From assembly GCA_964507075.1 (NCBI GenBank), contig CAZDOL010000005.1, positions 1 to 7,636 on the forward strand: a stretch of DNA of 7,636 bases, in the 5' to 3' direction. This document shows positions 5,790 to 7,636 of the stretch, one piece after another. The notes below the pieces were generated by a model, which searched no databases, had not been told where the DNA came from, and saw nothing but the letters and a program-made list of their open reading frames with translations. Position numbers and translations under genes: made by a program. Origin of the DNA: an uncultured Gammaproteobacteria bacterium (GTDB lineage: Bacteria > Patescibacteriota > Patescibacteriia > UBA2591 > UBA6264). Positions within the stretch are counted from its first letter, which is position 1; every line of letters starts with the position of its first letter.

Positions 5790-6302
5790 TTATTTCAATG
5801 TGACTTTGGCTCCTGCTTCTTCTAAATCTTTCTTCATCTTTTCTGCTTCTTCTTTGGCTACACCTTCTTTTAACATCTTAGGTGCGGAGTCAACCAAATC
5901 CTTAGCTTCCTTCAGGCCAATTTGAACAAAGGTTCTAATAGCTTTAATCACGCCAATCTTATTGCTTCCAGCGTCTGTAATCTCAACATTAAACATGCTT
6001 TTCTCCTCAGCAGCAACAACGTCTGCTCCGCCAGCTACTGGTGCAGCTACGGCCACTGGCGCTTGACCAGAAACACCAAATTTATCTTCCAAGATTTTTA
6101 CTAATTCTGCTAAATCAATTACACTCATTTTTTCAATAGCGCCTACTAAATCCTTGAATTTGGCCGGTACTTTGACATCTTTTTTTGTTTCTTTCTTTGG
6201 CTCCTCTTTCTTTGGCTCAAACTTTTCTTCTTGCTTGGGTTCTTCTTTTTGCTCTTTTTCTTTCACCTCCTCAACTTTCTCATCTTTTTTTTCTTCAGTC
6301 AT
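5790..6302 (-). CDS. rplL: Ribosomal protein bL12 (L7/L12) with a ~45-aa Lys/Glu-rich N-terminal extension
   Basis: Residues ~47-170 ([33 protein letters not shown]...[42 protein letters not shown]) align end to end with canonical L7/L12. It lies 19 nt downstream of rplJ. No in-frame ATG/GTG/TTG lies close to the conserved N-terminus. Confidence 0.9.
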   Translation of the reverse strand: MTEEKKDEKVEEVKEKEQKEEPKQEEKFEPKKEEPKKETKKDVKVPAKFKDLVGAIEKMSVIDLAELVKILEDKFGVSGQAPVAVAAPVAGGADVVAAEEKSMFNVEITDAGSNKIGVIKAIRTFVQIGLKEAKDLVDSAPKMLKEGVAKEEAEKMKKDLEEAGAKVTLK

Positions 6303-6321
6303 AAATTTAAAAATTAATAAT

Positions 6322-6837
6322 TTAATGATTAATATTTGATAAAATATATACTAAACCTTTCAAATTACCCTTAAGAACATAGGTTAAATTGCTTATTGGG
6401 GCTTTAATGGTTCCTAATAACTTAGCTATTAATTCTTGCCTGGTTGGTAATACAGACAAAGCTTTCGCGTCTTCAGCTTCTAAAAAATCTTCATTTAAAA
6501 CTCCTCCCCTAACATTTAATGCTTCGTGCGTTTTGGCAAAATCAAAAGCTACTTTAATCGGCATAATTTCATCCTCTAAAGAATAAGCTAAGCCCAAGCC
6601 ACCTTCAAGTTTAGTTAAATCAACGTGACCTAATCCTATTTTCTCTAAAACTATATTGAGTAAGGTCTTTTTCGCAACAACATACTTACAAGATTTTTCT
6701 TTTAATTTTTTCTTTAATTCTTCAATTTCTCGCACTTTTAGACCATAATAATCAATAAAAACCAAGCTTTTAACGCCTTTTAAATCTTCTTCTAATTTAT
6801 TAATAATTCCCTCTTTTTGTTGATGTGTTTTAGCCAT
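6322..6837 (-). CDS. rplJ: Ribosomal protein uL10 (L10)
   Basis: The track ORF 6322..6921 is trimmed to the internal ATG at 6837 ([45 protein letters not shown]...), giving 171 aa. Length and pattern are typical of L10, and it sits directly upstream of rplL. The 28 extra N-terminal codons overlap the leader hairpins and are not L10-like. Confidence 0.85.
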   Translation of the reverse strand: MAKTHQQKEGIINKLEEDLKGVKSLVFIDYYGLKVREIEELKKKLKEKSCKYVVAKKTLLNIVLEKIGLGHVDLTKLEGGLGLAYSLEDEIMPIKVAFDFAKTHEALNVRGGVLNEDFLEAEDAKALSVLPTRQELIAKLLGTIKAPISNLTYVLKGNLKGLVYILSNINH

Positions 6838-6964
6838 AAATTTATATTTATGTATTAAAAAAGTCTGCCATCGCAGACCTAATATATAACAATATTTGTT
6901 CTGTCTTGGCAGGTATTTCATTAAAATGAAATTTTAAGCTATTGAGCACCTACTGTCTACGACA
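6838..6964 (-). promoter_or_regulatory. Putative rplJ (L10) leader / autoregulatory 5' UTR
   Basis: About 127 nt between the predicted TSS and the rplJ ATG. It contains a hairpin ATTTCA-TTTTAA-TGAAAT, duplicated AGACAG motifs, and a terminator-like hairpin with a T6 run about 20 nt before the start codon. Position and organisation resemble known L10-leader attenuators. Conserved motifs could not be verified by eye. Confidence 0.4.
6857..6879 (-). terminator. Attenuator-type hairpin with T6 run inside the rplJ leader
   Basis: Minus strand reads GGTCTGC-GATG-GCAGAC-TTTTTT. The stem is 6863-6868 / 6873-6878 and the U-run corresponds to plus 6857-6862. It lies between the rplJ promoter and the rplJ start. 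Confidence 0.45.
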
Positions 6965-6970
6965 ATAATA

Positions 6971-6999
6971 ATTATATCTTATTGCTTTTTCAACGTCAA
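6971..6999 (-). promoter_or_regulatory. Sigma70-type promoter for rplJ-rplL (TTGACG-17-TATAAT)
   Basis: Minus strand TTGACG (6999..6994), the 17-nt spacer TTGAAAAAGCAATAAGA, then TATAAT (6976..6971). Confidence 0.55.
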
Positions 7000-7004
7000 G
7001 ATAT

Positions 7005-7013
7005 TTATCCACA
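7005..7013 (+). promoter_or_regulatory. Perfect consensus DnaA box (TTATCCACA) 5 nt upstream of the rplJ -35
   Basis: Exact 9/9 match to the E. coli-type DnaA box consensus at 7005-7013. Only 7/9 or worse matches were seen in the other intergenic regions. Function untested. Confidence 0.35.
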
Positions 7014-7026
7014 CAACACTTTAATT

Positions 7027-7060
7027 AAAAAAGTTCAGTGGCTCGGCCACCAAACTTTTT
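7027..7060 (-). terminator. Hairpin repeat copy A (A-run / stem / T-run, bidirectional-terminator-like)
   Basis: AAAAGTTCAGTGGC-TCG-GCCACCAAACTTTT. The 14-bp stem has a 2-nt internal mismatch (7036-7037) and is flanked by A6 and T5. 29 of 31 positions are identical to copy B, 542 bp away. Confidence 0.65.
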
Positions 7061-7071
7061 AATAAAGAGAG

Positions 7072-7107
7072 ATGCTCCTAATTCCTTTTTAAGGAAATCA
7101 GGAGCAT
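7072..7107 (-). terminator. Interrupted 14-bp hairpin immediately after the 128-aa ORF
   Basis: Outer stem ATGCTCCT (7072-7079) / AGGAGCAT (7100-7107), inner stem TTCCTT (7082-7087) / AAGGAA (7091-7096). It begins 10 nt past the stop at 7118 and is followed on the minus strand by CTCTCTTTATT. Confidence 0.5.
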
Positions 7108-7117
7108 AAAACAATTA

Positions 7118-7504
7118 TTAAACAGAATCTCCTCCATTGAGAACTATCCTCACAAATTGAAAAACACATTTAACGGCGCGTTTCTTCCCGCGTACAATAC
7201 TCCAGATTCCATTTCTGCAGACCCAATATTTGCCCATAGGGGCAAATTTTAAGAAATTTCTTTTTTCTCTCTCAATGAAAGACTTGAAATTCCTAAAACT
7301 TTTCCCTTTAGCCCGTGAAATACGAGCTGCTATTATTTTAGCATGCCTTAAGGAGCACTGAATGTTTTCCTTTGCGCTCCTTTTTCGGCATTCAGATAAA
7401 TTGGGGCAAGGAATTACCTTTCTTCCTAAAATAGATTGAACGGACTTATCACTATAATCCGTGTCACACGGCGACGTATTTTCAATAAACCAATATGATC
7501 TCAT
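7118..7504 (-). CDS. Hypothetical basic, Cys-containing 128-aa protein (no family recognised)
   Basis: The ORF has its own promoter, an SD-like AAAGGGGG (GGGGG at 7516..7512, 7 nt from the ATG), TAA stop and downstream hairpins. It is rich in K/R, with six Cys (C13, C33, C39, C50, C96, C113) and a single His. More GC-rich than neighbours: 25/60 and 26/60 in hand-counted lines 7141-7200 and 7321-7380. Confidence 0.6.
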   Translation of the reverse strand: MRSYWFIENTSPCDTDYSDKSVQSILGRKVIPCPNLSECRKRSAKENIQCSLRHAKIIAARISRAKGKSFRNFKSFIEREKRNFLKFAPMGKYWVCRNGIWSIVRGKKRAVKCVFQFVRIVLNGGDSV

Positions 7505-7536
7505 TCTGAGACCCCCTTTCTTTGTTATTATTAATA

Positions 7537-7565
7537 ATAATATAATAAATTTAAGAAAAAGTCAA
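7537..7565 (-). promoter_or_regulatory. Sigma70-type promoter for the 128-aa ORF (TTGACT-17-TATTAT)
   Basis: Minus strand TTGACT (7565..7560), a 17-nt spacer, then TATTAT (7542..7537), about 33 nt upstream of the ATG at 7504. Confidence 0.5.
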
Positions 7566-7569
7566 GAGT

Positions 7570-7601
7570 AAAAAGTTTGGTGGCTCGGCCACCAAACTTT
7601 T
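7570..7601 (-). terminator. Hairpin repeat copy B (perfect 14-bp stem), probable terminator of the upstream off-window gene
   Basis: AAAAGTTTGGTGGC (7571-7584) - TCG - GCCACCAAACTTTT (7588-7601), a perfect stem. On the minus strand it is followed by TTTTT (the A-run 7570-7574 read in reverse). It sits directly upstream of the 128-aa ORF promoter. Confidence 0.65.
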
Positions 7602-7636
7602 GTCTATCAACTTTTTTATTTTATAATAGTACCTTT

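Noticed and set aside
5922-6104. 60-aa plus-strand ORF inside rplL
   Set aside because: It is antisense to the conserved L7/L12 coding region, with no translation signals. A shadow ORF.
6154-6339. 61-aa Ser/Phe-rich plus-strand ORF
   Set aside because: It is the antisense reading of the Lys/Glu-rich rplL extension: AAG/GAA codons read as CTT/TTC give an S/F-rich artefact. No signals.
6389-6586. 65-aa plus-strand ORF inside rplJ
   Set aside because: It is antisense to the L10 coding region, with no start context. A shadow ORF.
6838-6921. 28-codon N-terminal extension of the L10 ORF (MKYLPRQNKYCYILGLRWQTFLIHKYKF)
   Set aside because: It is not L10-like. It overlaps the leader hairpins and the T6 terminator-like run. 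The internal [10 protein letters not shown]... start gives a canonical-length L10.
7100-7520. Structured RNA gene (RNase P RNA, tmRNA, SRP RNA) suggested by locally higher GC
   Set aside because: No conserved cores were seen on either strand: no GGAAAGUCC/ACAGNRA RNase P pattern in context, no tmRNA GGGG...UCCACCA ends or tag ORF, and no SRP GNAR/AGCA motif. The region has a clean promoter-SD-ORF-terminator layout instead.
7027-7601. IS200/IS605 element or REP-associated tyrosine transposase (RAYT), because a small ORF is flanked by hairpins
   Set aside because: The 128-aa protein has a single His, so there is no HUH motif and no recognisable catalytic Tyr context. The flanking hairpins are direct copies of one symmetric palindrome, not distinct left and right subterminal hairpins. 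The mobile-cassette idea is kept only as a hypothesis.

Overview
AT-rich bacterial chromosomal window. Its small, pared-down housekeeping proteins suggest a reduced-genome, CPR/Patescibacteria-like organism; that is an inference and cannot be verified here. Standard genetic code: all long ORFs are intact. Layout, left to right: (a) 1-1540, minus strand, visibly more GC-rich. It holds a 3'-truncated IMPase/FBPase-family phosphatase that is absent from the supplied ORF track because it has no in-window stop, and a Nudix hydrolase, each with its own promoter-like element and GC-rich hairpin. (b) 1544-3583, minus strand, very AT-rich: minimal tsaB-like gene, then uppS, then a membrane-anchored metallophosphoesterase. 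uppS and the phosphoesterase overlap by 1 nt. (c) A divergent intergenic region containing a perfect 30-nt GC-rich palindrome. (d) 3711-5675, plus strand: a 654-aa orphan membrane protein with a degenerate PP2C-like N-terminal domain, one TM helix and a repeat-rich, beta-propeller-like C-terminal domain. It appears to be expressed from a near-leaderless promoter. (e) A convergent intergenic region packed with ACGAAT/ATTCGT hexamers. (f) rplJ-rplL, minus strand, with its own promoter and a long leader ending in an attenuator-like hairpin. L7/L12 carries an unusual ~45-aa Lys/Glu-rich N-terminal extension. (g) Where rplK-rplA would normally lie, there is a self-contained module of promoter, strong SD, 128-aa basic Cys-containing orphan ORF and hairpin, bracketed by two near-identical 31-nt terminator-like hairpins 542 bp apart. 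No rRNA, tRNA, CRISPR array or recognisable transposase was found. The best candidates for something new are the hairpin-bracketed 128-aa module, the 654-aa pseudo-phosphatase/propeller protein, the orphan 30-nt palindrome and the hexamer array. All functional interpretations of these are hypotheses.
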